Assembly (NCBI GenBank): GCA_022703445.1 | Contig: JAKLDR010000001.1 | Location: forward strand, 107,846-171,845 | Reading direction: 5' to 3' | DNA length: 64,000 nucleotides | Source of the DNA: Planctomycetota bacterium | Lineage (GTDB): Bacteria > Planctomycetota > SZUA-567 > JAKLDR01 | Translations under genes and position numbers: made by a program | Shown here: piece by piece, positions 43,694-54,742 of the stretch | Position numbering within the stretch: the first letter of the stretch is position 1 | Layout of the letters: every line of letters begins with the position of its first letter | Notes under the pieces: generated by a model | What the model saw: the letters and a program-made list of their open reading frames with translations, nothing else | Database searches by the model: none | What the model was told of the DNA's origin: nothing

Positions 43694-44092
43694 ATGACCA
43701 ACGCAGACCTCATCAAGCACGCCCAGTCGGTGGTCAAACCCCGGCGGATCGCCCACGACTACGGCGTCGGCGACGTCGGCTGCGCGCTGCTCTCGGGCAG
43801 CGGCAAGGTCTATCTCGGCGTCTGCATGGACACGAGCTGCGGAATCGGCTTCTGCGCCGAGCACGCGGCCATCGCCGCCATGGTCACGGCCGGCGAGGAG
43901 CGCATCAAGAAGATCGTCGCCGTGCTCGGCGACGGCAAGGTGCTGTCGCCCTGCGGCCGCTGCCGGGAGTTCATGCACCAGATCGACCACCGCAACCTCG
44001 ACGAGACCGAGGTGGTCCTGGCCCCCGACCGCGCAGTGAAGCTCCGCGAGCTCCTGCCCCACCCCTGGGACGAGGTGTGGGCGAAGAAGTAG
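43694..44092 (+). CDS. cdd: Cytidine deaminase.
   Basis: CAEHAAI and SPCGRCREF zinc-binding motifs. 132 aa. Confidence 0.8.
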   Translation: MTNADLIKHAQSVVKPRRIAHDYGVGDVGCALLSGSGKVYLGVCMDTSCGIGFCAEHAAIAAMVTAGEERIKKIVAVLGDGKVLSPCGRCREFMHQIDHRNLDETEVVLAPDRAVKLRELLPHPWDEVWAKK

Positions 44093-44096
44093 CCCG

Positions 44097-44127
44097 CGAG
44101 GCCGGCCGCGGCCGGGGCTCAGCCTCG
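44097..44127 (+). terminator. GC-rich palindromic hairpin after cdd (cgaggc-ccggccgcggccgg-...-gcctcg).
   Basis: Begins 5 nt after the stop codon. Contains the palindrome ccggccgcggccgg. Confidence 0.35.
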
Positions 44128-44142
44128 ACCGTGGTTCGGGCT

Positions 44143-44171
44143 TTGACAGTCCCGCCCGTCCGGCATATTCT
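44143..44171 (+). promoter_or_regulatory. Strong sigma-70-like promoter candidate (TTGACA-N17-TATTCT) for the large HEAT-repeat gene.
   Basis: Consensus -35 with 17-nt spacing. The ATG at 44226 lies 55 nt downstream. Confidence 0.55.
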
Positions 44172-44225
44172 GCCGTCGCGGCCGCCTTGGGCGGCCTGAT
44201 CTGGCAGTTTCCGCGGAGGCTGCGC

Positions 44226-47200
44226 ATGGCCGGACGTGCCCCTATGGCGGTTCCGTTCCCCTTCCTGCTCCTGGTGCTGACCTGGGCCGGCCCCGGTCTC
44301 GGGGCCGAGGAGGCTACCGCCCCTCGGGTTCCCGACTTGGTCAGACTGCTCACGAACGGCTCGGAGGACGAGCGTGCCCGGGCGGAGGAGGGACTGGCGC
44401 TGGCGGGGGGAGAGGCCGTCGGGCCGCTGGCCGCGGAGCTCTCCAGGCCCGGCGCGCCGGGCCTGCCGTCCGCGGTGGTGGTGCGCGCGGTCGCCCAGGA
44501 CCGGCTGCAGCCAGCCGAGGCGGTCGTGCGGCTGGGCGGAGACCGGCGCGCTGCGACGCGGCTCCGGCTCCACATCCGCCTGTCCGACGCCCTGGCCCCC
44601 GACAAGCCTGCCGCGGCCGCGATCCTCGGCTGCTGCGGCGCGCCGGGCATCGAGCCGCTGATCGAGCTGCTCGGGCGTGGCGACGAGCGGCTGGCCGCGG
44701 CGGCGGAGGAGGCCCTCGCGCGGATCGGCCCGGAGGCGGTCGGGCCGGTCGGCCGGCTGCTGGCGTCGAAGCACGCCCCGCGCCTCCCCCTGGAGGTTCT
44801 GCTGACCGACGACGACCCCGCCAGGCGCGAGGACGTCGAGAAGCAGCTGGCCCGCGCCGAGACCGCCGCCAGGCTGCGCTTCTACCTGCTGCTCCCCGGC
44901 CGTCCCCCGGAGCTTCGCCGGCAGGCACTGGGCGCGCTGACCTCCGGCGACGGCCAGAAGGACTGGACCCTGGGGCTCTTCCTGCTGAAGTTCCTGGCCG
45001 ACGAGGATCCCGGCGTGCGTTCCGCGGCGACGGCGGCCGTCAACAGGCTGCCTCCTCCGCCGCCCCCCGACGGGCCGGTCAGGCTGGTAGCGGCGCTGGC
45101 CGACGGCAGCGCGGAGGTGCGCTCCGGCGCCGTGAAGCTGCTGGAGGCGTACGGGGCCAGGAACGCCGCCGCCCGCGAGGCGGTGCTGACGGGGTTGGAC
45201 TCGAAGGACGCGCGCGTCCGGGCCGGCTGCGCCGGCGTGCTGACCCGCTACGCCTTCGAGCTCGGCGTCGCCCTCGGCTTCATGTGGGGCGTGCCCTCGG
45301 GCCAGAAGCCGACCAAGGAGGAGCGGGCCTGGCTGGAGTCGCTGGGCCCGCGGGCCGGCGAACTGCTTCAGAAGGACCCCGAGCCCGGGGTGCGCGCCGC
45401 CGCCCTGCGGATGGCCTGCTGGTCGACGGACACCAAGGCCGTTCCCCTGGTCGAGGCCTGCCTCCGCAAGGAGGCGCCCGAGGTGCGAACCGCGGCGCTG
45501 CACATGGCGCGGGGCGACGGCTTCTGCACGCCGGCGATCCTGGCCGCCGTCATCGCCGTGCTGGACGAAGGCGACGACGGCCTGCGGCTGGAGGCCGTCT
45601 CCGTGCTGGGCGGTTGGGAGAAGAAGGCCGGAAAGGCCGCCCCCCGGCTGACGGATCTGCTGGAGTCCGACAAGGCCGCCCTGCGCAAGGCGGCGGCCGA
45701 GGCGCTGTCCCGCATCGGCCCCAAGGCGGCGATGGCCGTGCCCCGGCTCATCGCCTGCGCGGACGACCCCAACGCCGAGGCGGCCCAGGCCGCCGTCAGG
45801 GCGCTGGGCCTGATCGGTGCCGATCCGGAGCGCAGCGTGCCGGCGCTGGTCAGGACGCTGGAGGGCGGGCGCAAGGGGCTGCCGGAAGCGGCGGCCTTCT
45901 CGCTGGGCCGTTTCAAGGCACGCTCCGCGCCCGCCGTGCCGGCGCTGGTGAAGATGGCCGCTCGCCAGGATGAGCGCGAGCGGCTCTGCGCCCTGTGGGC
46001 GCTTGCCGAGATCGCCTGTGCCATGGGCCCGGAGAGCGAGGCGGCCGGTCCCGTCGTCCGGGGCCTCGACGACCGGGGCGAAGGCCGCCCGGGCGCGAAG
46101 CTGCTCGACTACGTGGGCGGCATCGACAGGAAGTCGGCGATGCCCGTCCTCCTGCGGGCGCTCCGGGAGTGCCGGCCGGAAGCCCAGGCGGCGCTGATCG
46201 GCAGGTTGACTCCGGAGAGCAAGATGAGCGGCGAGGTCCTGGCCGCCGATCCATGCGTCAAGGCCATCCCCGCCGTCCGGGAGGCGGCCGCCAGCAAGGA
46301 CCCGGCGGTGCGCGCGGCCGCGGCGGCCTTCCTGGCCAGGGTCGAGGCCGAGCCGCAGACGGTCCTGGCCGTCATGATGGAGCGCCTCGCCGACCCGGAT
46401 CCATGGGCGGTCGTGGGGGCCTGCCACTCGCTGGGGGAGATCAAGGGCGAGGGCAAGCCGGCGCTGCCCAGGCTGGTCGAGCTGCTCCGGCACGAGCGCA
46501 AGGAGGTACGCATGGAGGCCGCCGTGGCCATCGGCAAGATCGGCGCCGATGCGGAGGCCACGGTCCTGGCCGTCGCCGGGCTGCTGGAGGACAAGGAGTC
46601 CTCGGTCCGCTTCTCGGCCATGACCGCCCTGCTCCTGCTCGACAAGGCGGCGCGGCCGGCGGTCCCCAGGATCCTGGAACTCGTGGGCAAGGACCGCCAG
46701 ATGCGCAGGGGCCCGTGGACCTGGGAGGTCCTCTACAGGTGCAGGCCCCTGCCGGCCTCGGCCCTGCCGGTCTTGCGCAAGCTGCTGGACGACGAGGAGG
46801 CCTCGACGCGATCGGCCGTCGCCTCGCAGCTGGGGACGATGGGCGCGGCGGCCAGGGAGGCCGGGGCGGAGATGCTCGCCAGGCTGGCGGTCGAGGAATC
46901 CCCCCGGGTGCGCGCCAGCATAGTGGGCGCCCTGGGGCAGATGGATCCGGCCAACGCGGACACCATCGCCAGGTCCCTGGAGGACAAGGCGGAGGAGGTG
47001 CGCAACGCCGCCGCCGCGGCCCTGGTGGGCCTCAAGGACCGCAGGATGATCCCGAGGCTGGTGGCGGCGCTGGCCGACGAAAATGCCAACGTGCGGGGCA
47101 AGGCGGTGGACGATCTGGAGCGCTACGGCCCCGAAGCCGCCGAGGCGGTCGCGACGCTGGAGAAGGTCGCCGCCAATGATCCGGCCAACTGGGTGCGCGG

Positions 47201-47294
47201 GTCGGCCGCCCGGGCCCTGAAGAAGATGCGCGGCAAGCAGCCCGGCCCCCAGCCTCTGCCCCAGCCCGTGCCCCCGACGCCTGAAGTGTTCTGA
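44226..47294 (+). CDS. Large secreted HEAT-repeat (PBS-lyase-like) protein of about 1020 aa.
   Basis: Signal MAGRAPMAVPFPFLLLVLTWAGPGLGA. More than 20 repeats of the DPxVRxxAAxALGxIG type (DPEPGVRAAAL, DPAVRAAAAAFL, SPRVRASIVGALG, NANVRGKAVDDLERYG, ANWVRGSAARALKKM). Confidence 0.7.
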   Translation: MAGRAPMAVPFPFLLLVLTWAGPGLGAEEATAPRVPDLVRLLTNGSEDERARAEEGLALAGGEAVGPLAAELSRPGAPGLPSAVVVRAVAQDRLQPAEAVVRLGGDRRAATRLRLHIRLSDALAPDKPAAAAILGCCGAPGIEPLIELLGRGDERLAAAAEEALARIGPEAVGPVGRLLASKHAPRLPLEVLLTDDDPARREDVEKQLARAETAARLRFYLLLPGRPPELRRQALGALTSGDGQKDWTLGLFLLKFLADEDPGVRSAATAAVNRLPPPPPPDGPVRLVAALADGSAEVRSGAVKLLEAYGARNAAAREAVLTGLDSKDARVRAGCAGVLTRYAFELGVALGFMWGVPSGQKPTKEERAWLESLGPRAGELLQKDPEPGVRAAALRMACWSTDTKAVPLVEACLRKEAPEVRTAALHMARGDGFCTPAILAAVIAVLDEGDDGLRLEAVSVLGGWEKKAGKAAPRLTDLLESDKAALRKAAAEALSRIGPKAAMAVPRLIACADDPNAEAAQAAVRALGLIGADPERSVPALVRTLEGGRKGLPEAAAFSLGRFKARSAPAVPALVKMAARQDERERLCALWALAEIACAMGPESEAAGPVVRGLDDRGEGRPGAKLLDYVGGIDRKSAMPVLLRALRECRPEAQAALIGRLTPESKMSGEVLAADPCVKAIPAVREAAASKDPAVRAAAAAFLARVEAEPQTVLAVMMERLADPDPWAVVGACHSLGEIKGEGKPALPRLVELLRHERKEVRMEAAVAIGKIGADAEATVLAVAGLLEDKESSVRFSAMTALLLLDKAARPAVPRILELVGKDRQMRRGPWTWEVLYRCRPLPASALPVLRKLLDDEEASTRSAVASQLGTMGAAAREAGAEMLARLAVEESPRVRASIVGALGQMDPANADTIARSLEDKAEEVRNAAAAALVGLKDRRMIPRLVAALADENANVRGKAVDDLERYGPEAAEAVATLEKVAANDPANWVRGSAARALKKMRGKQPGPQPLPQPVPPTPEVF

Positions 47295-47386
47295 GCAACC
47301 CGGACACTGCGCAGAGCCCTGGGGCCGCCACGCGCTGACCCGAGCCTGGCCCCGACCGGTCCCGGGCTTCCCCGGCCTCGCGCCGG

Positions 47387-48370
47387 CTACGCGATCGGCA
47401 GGCCGCTGTCCGCCCTGGCCAGCTCGTCGTGGACCCTGCGCACGGCCTCGGCCTTGGCGTCCACCGTCATGGCGCTGCCCAGCGCCTCGACGAAGCGGCA
47501 CGCCGCGTAGCCGCGGGCGGCCTGCTCGTACCCCTCGATCCACCTGGCGCGGTCCGGCATGCGCTCGGGGCTCACCGGCCAGATGCCGGGCCGGGGTTTC
47601 ATGTGCGCGGCGATGCCGATCCGCCAGGGCTTGGGCCCGAGGCGGGCGCGGAAGCAGTGCTGCCTGATGCACATCCGGACGTAGACGGGGTCGGTGTCCA
47701 GGGCCCGGAAGAGCTCGGCGGCCTCCTGGTCGTCCGGCCGGAAGGTGCGGTGCATGGCCAGCACCCGGAAGCCGGCCGGGGTCCGGTAGAGGCGCAGGAG
47801 CCACCCGGGGTGCCCGGCCACGAAGGCCTCGACCCGGCGGCGGGTCTGGCGCTCGGCGCCGCCGGCCAGGAGCAGCCTCAGGCGGTGCAGCCCGACGGCG
47901 GCCGCGTACCCGAGCGGCAGCCCCGCGACGGCCGCCGCGGCCGTCAGCCCCCAGGAGAGCCCCGCCGCCCGGCAGACGACGCCGGCGCAGACCGGCAGGG
48001 CCAGCACCAGGAGGCAGGTGAGGGCCGTCGCCGGTTCCTGGCGGAAGTCGACGTCGGCGAAGAGCACGTCCGGCGTGTTCAGGCAGCGCGCGCCGTAGGA
48101 GTTGCGGGTGACCAGCGCGTCGCCGTGGCGGCCGACGACCTCCTCGCGGATGGGCACGCCCTCGGCGCCGTTGTAGGCCACCTTGGGCTCGCGCCAGGGC
48201 AGGCGCTGGCCGGAGGACACCCGCTCGAAGGCCTCCCTGGCCCGCGCGTCGGCCATGGCCTGCGCGGCCTCCGGGCTCTCGTCGGACCAGCCCCAGCGCC
48301 GCACGGTCCGGAGCCGGCCCTTCACCCGGTCCTGCACCTGGCTCTCGGCCCAGAACTGCGGGACGATCAT
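47387..48370 (-). CDS. Hypothetical protein with a central hydrophobic segment.
   Basis: 327 aa, normal composition (MIVPQFWAESQVQDRVKGRL...). Hydrophobic segment LTCLLVLALPVCAGVVCRAAGLSWGLTAAAAVAGLPLGYAAAVGL. No recognised motifs. Confidence 0.5.
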   Translation of the reverse strand: MIVPQFWAESQVQDRVKGRLRTVRRWGWSDESPEAAQAMADARAREAFERVSSGQRLPWREPKVAYNGAEGVPIREEVVGRHGDALVTRNSYGARCLNTPDVLFADVDFRQEPATALTCLLVLALPVCAGVVCRAAGLSWGLTAAAAVAGLPLGYAAAVGLHRLRLLLAGGAERQTRRRVEAFVAGHPGWLLRLYRTPAGFRVLAMHRTFRPDDQEAAELFRALDTDPVYVRMCIRQHCFRARLGPKPWRIGIAAHMKPRPGIWPVSPERMPDRARWIEGYEQAARGYAACRFVEALGSAMTVDAKAEAVRRVHDELARADSGLPIA

Positions 48371-48508
48371 TGGCGTTCCCCCTGGTTGTCGGAACCCGGA
48401 GAGAGTTCTGAGATCAGTTCTTCGACATCCACGATCAACGGCGCCGGGTAAGTCCGGTCCAGCTCAGAGACCCGGGGCCCGGACCGGTTTCTGACTGGAA
48501 TCTATCCT

Positions 48509-48538
48509 TGAAAATCCCTCAGTCAATGGGGGATTTTC
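48509..48538. repeat. 10-bp perfect hairpin (tgaaaatccc / gggattttca, 10-nt loop) overlapping the stop codon of the low-GC gene.
   Basis: Arms at 48509-48518 and 48529-48538. The gene's stop codon lies in the loop at 48523-48525. Confidence 0.5.
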
Positions 48539-49095
48539 AGGGATGGCTCAGAGTCGACAAGGCTGCTCTTGCCCAAGGTTGCCTGTCGGGACGCGCCTGT
48601 TCTCGCTTCCGCGGTCTTGGCCGCACAGGCATCCAGCTTCTCCTGGTGCTCCAGCGATACGAGCATATTCACATACTGCGTGCCCAAGTCTGACTCGGTG
48701 ATCTCGAATTTTACCTCGTTCTGATTGATGCCAGCATCGCCAATTTGGCGGAGGAGACTCGCCATCACGACAAGCATGCATTGGACGTGGTATTTCTTGC
48801 TCTTCGGCTTACACAGCTGTGAGGAGATTATGTGGACCAGCCCCTGGGGATGCTTCTCGATCGTGTAGACGAAACGAATAGTGTCTTCGACGCAGATGGT
48901 TAGGTCCTGCATGGCATCAGGGTTGAACCCGCGGATCTCCTCGCCAGGAGTGTAGGGGAAGATGTTCTTCGCCGCGCGCAGCTGCAGCTTTGATACGGCA
49001 TCACCGATCTTGCCGAACATCGCCACGGATGGCGTCCGCCCAAAATCCATCAAAGACAGGAGCCAACTGACAATTGCTCGGAGCCATGATCGCAT
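48523..49095 (-). CDS. Hypothetical protein in a low-GC (~53%) island adjacent to aspS.
   Basis: Preferred start MRSWLRAIVSWLL at 49095, with GGGGG 7 nt upstream. Balanced K/E/I/Q composition (…IRFVYTIEKHPQGLVHIISSQLCKPKSKKYHVQCMLVV…). No recognised domain. The longer ORF-track N-terminus is R/G-rich. Confidence 0.5.
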   Translation of the reverse strand: MRSWLRAIVSWLLSLMDFGRTPSVAMFGKIGDAVSKLQLRAAKNIFPYTPGEEIRGFNPDAMQDLTICVEDTIRFVYTIEKHPQGLVHIISSQLCKPKSKKYHVQCMLVVMASLLRQIGDAGINQNEVKFEITESDLGTQYVNMLVSLEHQEKLDACAAKTAEARTGASRQATLGKSSLVDSEPSLKIPH

Positions 49096-49297
49096 GCAAT
49101 TGCCCCCAACGTCCATGCAAGGTCTCTCGAATCTACCCATGCGGACTCTCCCGTCAAGCCCATTCAGACGTGGCGCCCCCGCTGCCCCCCAACTATACTC
49201 TTTCCCCGTCCTCCGGCCGGCCGCCGGGGGCCGTGACGCGCCGCCCCCGCCGCCGGTTTGGACCGCCTGGCCGGGCCGCAGAGAAAGGTGCTCTTCC

Positions 49298-51133
<1,836 letters not shown>

Positions 51134-51136
51134 CCG

Positions 51137-52492
51137 ATGATGCGGGTTGGCCCGCTCGCCGTCCTACTGGTCCTGGCCGGGCTGGCCGCCGGCTCGCCGC
51201 GGGCGCGGGCCGGCGACGAGGCCCGCAGGCCCGAGACCGGCACGCCGGCGCCGGCCGGGAATGGCGGCGCGCCGGAGCCGGGCAACCTGCCGCCCGGGAG
51301 GCAGCCGGCGCAGGGCTTCCCCTCGGGGCCGGTCTCCGCGCCGGTCCACGAACCGCGCCCCCCGGCCTCTGAGCCGCGGCGGCCTCCGCCCCCGCCCCGC
51401 GAGGCGCTCTGCCTGATCGCCGACTATCTGCCGCCCTTCGTCTACGTGGACACCCGCACCGGCCGGACCGAGCAGCTGGCCTGTTCCTTCCGGGTCGAGA
51501 AGCACCCCGCCCTGGAGGAGCAGCCGGAGTTCACGGTCCGGTGGCGGCTGCTCGACGGGGCCGGCCGGGAGCTGGCCAAGGGCGAGGAGCCCGGTGCCGC
51601 GCGCGAGCGTTTCGCCATCGTCCGCGCCTTCATCGACCTGCCCGACGCCGCCCGGCGGCTGGAGTTCACCCTGCAGTCGGGCGGGCTTGAGCTCGGCTCG
51701 GGCCGGGCGGAGATAGTCGGCGAGGACGATCCCTGGCCGGCCGGCGCCGCCGCGGCCCTGACCGGCATGGTCGGCGCCGGCGGCGAGCGCCTGATCCTGC
51801 GCCTCCCGGAGCGCGTGGCCGAGGTGGACGAGCGCTGGAAGCCGATCAAGGCCGTCTTCAGCCGCAGCCGGCCCAGGCCCGAGCGCGTCGTGGTGGTCGG
51901 CCCGCGCATGGCCGGCGAGGGGGAGAGGAGCTACCTCGAGGTCCTCGGCGGCCCGAAGGACGCCCGGCTGCAGGCCCTGGACCTCTTCGCGCCGCCGCCG
52001 GCCGGCGAGGCCCCCGCCGCGCCCGCCGGCAGGGCGCCGGCGGCGGCGGTCCCCGCGTCGGGCGCGACGCGCGGGATCTTCGCGCTGGTCGAGGCCGTGG
52101 AGACGCGCGTCACCGCGGCGGCCAAGGGCGCCGACCTGGTCGTGCTGGTCATGCCCCAGTCGGACCCGGAGATGGGCACGGACCGGCGGGCCTACCGGCA
52201 GGGGCTGGACTGGGCCGTCTCGCGGCTGCTGCGCGCCGGCGCCAAGGGGGTGGCGGTGGTCCCGCCGCTCTCCCGCAGCGTCTCCGACAAGCAGCTGGCG
52301 GCCTACGCCGCCGCCTGCGCCGACTCCGCCCGGGTCTACGGGGAGCGCGGCGCCGCGCTGGTGAAATCGGAGAGCCTGCTGGCCGACAAGTACTGGACGC
52401 CGAAGGGCGCGACCGGGCGGGTCACGGGGCGCTTCCCCAACGAGGCCGGCCAGGAAGCCCTGGCCGAGCTGATCCGCGGGGCGTGCCGGTGA
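51137..52492 (+). CDS. Secreted hypothetical protein with a C-terminal SGNH/GDSL-like region.
   Basis: Signal MMRVGPLAVLLVLAGLAAGSPRARA. Pro-rich linker. C-terminal LVVLVMPQSD...GLDWAVSRLLRAGAKGVAVVPP. Confidence 0.55.
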   Translation: MMRVGPLAVLLVLAGLAAGSPRARAGDEARRPETGTPAPAGNGGAPEPGNLPPGRQPAQGFPSGPVSAPVHEPRPPASEPRRPPPPPREALCLIADYLPPFVYVDTRTGRTEQLACSFRVEKHPALEEQPEFTVRWRLLDGAGRELAKGEEPGAARERFAIVRAFIDLPDAARRLEFTLQSGGLELGSGRAEIVGEDDPWPAGAAAALTGMVGAGGERLILRLPERVAEVDERWKPIKAVFSRSRPRPERVVVVGPRMAGEGERSYLEVLGGPKDARLQALDLFAPPPAGEAPAAPAGRAPAAAVPASGATRGIFALVEAVETRVTAAAKGADLVVLVMPQSDPEMGTDRRAYRQGLDWAVSRLLRAGAKGVAVVPPLSRSVSDKQLAAYAAACADSARVYGERGAALVKSESLLADKYWTPKGATGRVTGRFPNEAGQEALAELIRGACR

Positions 52493-53187
52493 GTAACCGG
52501 GCCGTGTCGCCAGGATGCGGGCAGGGGCGGAAGGACCTGTTCCTCGCCGCCGGGGTCGCGCTCGGGCTGCACGTCCTGCTCTTCGTGACCATCCCCGTCG
52601 CCCTGATCCTCGCCCCGGCCCAGGCCGGCCAGAGCCCGGGCGTGACTTCCCTGGAGATCGCCCTCTCCGCGCCGGCCCCGGCCGCCGCCCCGCAGCCGGT
52701 TCCGGTCGCGGACCCCGCGCCTGTGCCCGCGCCGGCGCCAGCGCCCGTTCCGGAAGAGCCGGCGGTCGAGCCCGCGGTGGAGCCCGAACCCGAACTTGCG
52801 CCGGAGCCGCTGCCGCTGGCCCTGCCGGTTCCGCCCTCCCCCCGCCCGGACCCGGAACCCGGAACCAGGAACCAGGAACCGTCGATTCCCGACGCCGGCG
52901 CCCGGGCCGCGGCCTGGAGCCGCCACAACATCCGCTATCCGGAGAGCGCCCTCCGCGAGGGCCGCACCGGCGGGGTGACCGTGCGCGTGGAGGTGCTGGC
53001 CTCCGGCCGGGCCGGCCGGGTGGAGCTGGCGGAATCCTCGGGACACGCCGACCTGGACGAGGCCGCGGTCAACGGCCTCAGGACCGCCTGGTATCTTCCG
53101 GCAACCGACGGCCGTAAGGCGGTGACCGCCACCCAGCTCTTCCGCGCCAGATTCGAGATCGTCAACGGCAGGGCGACGGTGCGGTAG
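52483..53187 (+). CDS. TonB-family energy transducer (TM anchor, Pro-rich spacer, TonB_C domain).
   Basis: TM LFLAAGVALGLHVLLFVTIPV. (AP)n/(EP)n spacer. TonB_C YPESALREGRTGGVTVRVEVLASGRAGRVELAESSGHADLDEAAVNGL. Confidence 0.75.
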   Translation: MPVSNRAVSPGCGQGRKDLFLAAGVALGLHVLLFVTIPVALILAPAQAGQSPGVTSLEIALSAPAPAAAPQPVPVADPAPVPAPAPAPVPEEPAVEPAVEPEPELAPEPLPLALPVPPSPRPDPEPGTRNQEPSIPDAGARAAAWSRHNIRYPESALREGRTGGVTVRVEVLASGRAGRVELAESSGHADLDEAAVNGLRTAWYLPATDGRKAVTATQLFRARFEIVNGRATVR

Positions 53188-53193
53188 CCCCGC

Positions 53194-53787
53194 TCAGGGG
53201 TTCTTCGACTTCCGGGCCTGGCTCTGCAGGTCTTCGCGGATCTTCTTGAGCGCGGCGTGCATCCGGCTCTTGACCGTCCCCTCGGGGATCTCCAGGATGT
53301 CGCCGATCTGCTTGTAGCGCAGGCCCTCGACCTGGCTGAGGATGAAGACCACCTTGTGCTCGGTGGGCAGGTTGTCGATGGCCCCCACCAGGCCCTTGAC
53401 GAACTCCTCCTTGCGGGCGGTCTCCTCGGGCTGCTCGATGAGCATGCTGAGCACGTCGCCCAGCGACGCGCCGGTGGCCTCGTCGGCGGCCTCGATGGAG
53501 CGCTCCAGGCGCCGGCTCTTGGTCTGGCGGTGCTGGTCGATCCAGCAGTTCCGGGCGATGCGGAAGAGGTAGCTGGTGAAGGGCGCGGTCGGCTGGTAGC
53601 CGGCGGCGCTGGTGTACAGGCGGACGAAGACCTCCTGGGCCAGGTCCTCGGCGGTGTGCCGGTCCCAGACCAGGGGGAAGAAGAAGTTGATGAGCTGCAG
53701 CTGATAGCGCCGGACCAGCTCCTCGAAAGCCCCCTCGTCGCCGCGTCCCACGGCGATCAGGAGCTCCTCGCTGGTCCGTTCGGCCAT
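53194..53787 (-). CDS. ECF-type RNA polymerase sigma factor (sigma-70 regions 2 and 4).
   Basis: Region 2 FEELVRRYQLQLINFFFPLVWDRHTAEDLAQEVFVRLY and region 4 LPTEHKVVFILSQVEGLRYKQIGDILEIPEGTVKSRMHAALKKI. Confidence 0.85.
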   Translation of the reverse strand: MAERTSEELLIAVGRGDEGAFEELVRRYQLQLINFFFPLVWDRHTAEDLAQEVFVRLYTSAAGYQPTAPFTSYLFRIARNCWIDQHRQTKSRRLERSIEAADEATGASLGDVLSMLIEQPEETARKEEFVKGLVGAIDNLPTEHKVVFILSQVEGLRYKQIGDILEIPEGTVKSRMHAALKKIREDLQSQARKSKNP

Positions 53788-53793
53788 GTCCGG

Positions 53794-54729
53794 CTACCTC
53801 GGCCTGAGTTCTTCGTCGAAGAGGAGTTCGTTGGAGTAGTAGTCCGGCCAGGCCAGGGCCTTGCGGTTCAGGGCCTCCAGGCGCTGGGCCTCCTTCATCC
53901 GGACCGGGTCAACCGGGTCGATCCGCCAGGGGTAGGAGTACCGGTCCTGCTCCCAGACGAAGTAGTTGCCGATGGCCGCGGCCTCGCGCGGGTTGAAGTA
54001 GCAGTCGCGGAAGCGGGCCATCCAGTAGGACAGGTTGCGCGCGGAGCGCAGCTCCGGGCCGAAGGCCGAGCGCGGCGGACGGAGGTCGTCCCAGACGCTC
54101 TTCGGCTGGCGCTCGAAGAGCCGCGGGTCGGAGAGCAGCTCCCAGGCACCCGCCGGCCGGCCGTCGTCCAGCACCGGGGCCAGCCCGAAGAGCGGGTCGA
54201 CCCAGGCCCACTTGCCGTCGGCGAAGACCTCGGCCATCATGTGCCCGGAGATGTGCGAGGAAAAGACCCGCGCCGGCATCCCGGCCACCTGGCAGAGGCA
54301 GATGAAGACGCGGGAGATCTCGTTGCACATGATCGCCCCGCGCTTGAGGAGCTCCTCCTCGGTGCCGCCGCAGAAGAGGTCCGGGCGGGCCAGGCCGCGG
54401 TCGCGGTTGTCGCGGCAGCGGCGCATGATGGCCAGGGACTTCTCCCGGCCGCTCATGCCCGGCCGGACGACCTCGGCGACGGCGGCCTCGAGCATCGGCC
54501 GCGAGCCGCGGACGTAGCGGATCTCGGGCGGCGTGAACCGGGAGTAGAGGAACTCGGCGGTCCTGGCGCACAGGCCCAGCTGGCCGTCGATGATCTGCAC
54601 GTCGACGCCGCCGGTCCCGCGCTCGCCGTAGTAGCCCAGCACGCGCTCGAGCCACAACTCGCAGCCGCGGACCGTGAGCGGGTCGGCGAAGATCCGCCCC
54701 TGGTTCCGGCCCATGAATTCGTCGAACAA
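53794..54729 (-). CDS. Transglutaminase-like cysteine-protease-fold protein.
   Basis: C...H...D core ICLCQVAGMPARVFSSHISGHMMAEVFADGKWAWVDP. Confidence 0.65.
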   Translation of the reverse strand: MFDEFMGRNQGRIFADPLTVRGCELWLERVLGYYGERGTGGVDVQIIDGQLGLCARTAEFLYSRFTPPEIRYVRGSRPMLEAAVAEVVRPGMSGREKSLAIMRRCRDNRDRGLARPDLFCGGTEEELLKRGAIMCNEISRVFICLCQVAGMPARVFSSHISGHMMAEVFADGKWAWVDPLFGLAPVLDDGRPAGAWELLSDPRLFERQPKSVWDDLRPPRSAFGPELRSARNLSYWMARFRDCYFNPREAAAIGNYFVWEQDRYSYPWRIDPVDPVRMKEAQRLEALNRKALAWPDYYSNELLFDEELRPR

Positions 54730-54742
54730 GGTCGAACCTCCG

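Noticed and set aside
47300-47330. Another 'gcgcagag' occurrence after the HEAT-protein gene, considered as a third member of the cgcagaga repeat family
   Set aside because: It is a single 8-mer with no flanking similarity to the 57594 or 58751 elements and is probably chance in GC-rich DNA.
52740-52880. Simple repeats (cccggaacccggaaccaggaacc; gagcccgcggtggagcccgaacccgaa) that looked like a CRISPR or SSR array
   Set aside because: They lie inside the TonB gene and encode its (EP)/(AP) proline-rich spacer. There is no repeat-spacer periodicity.
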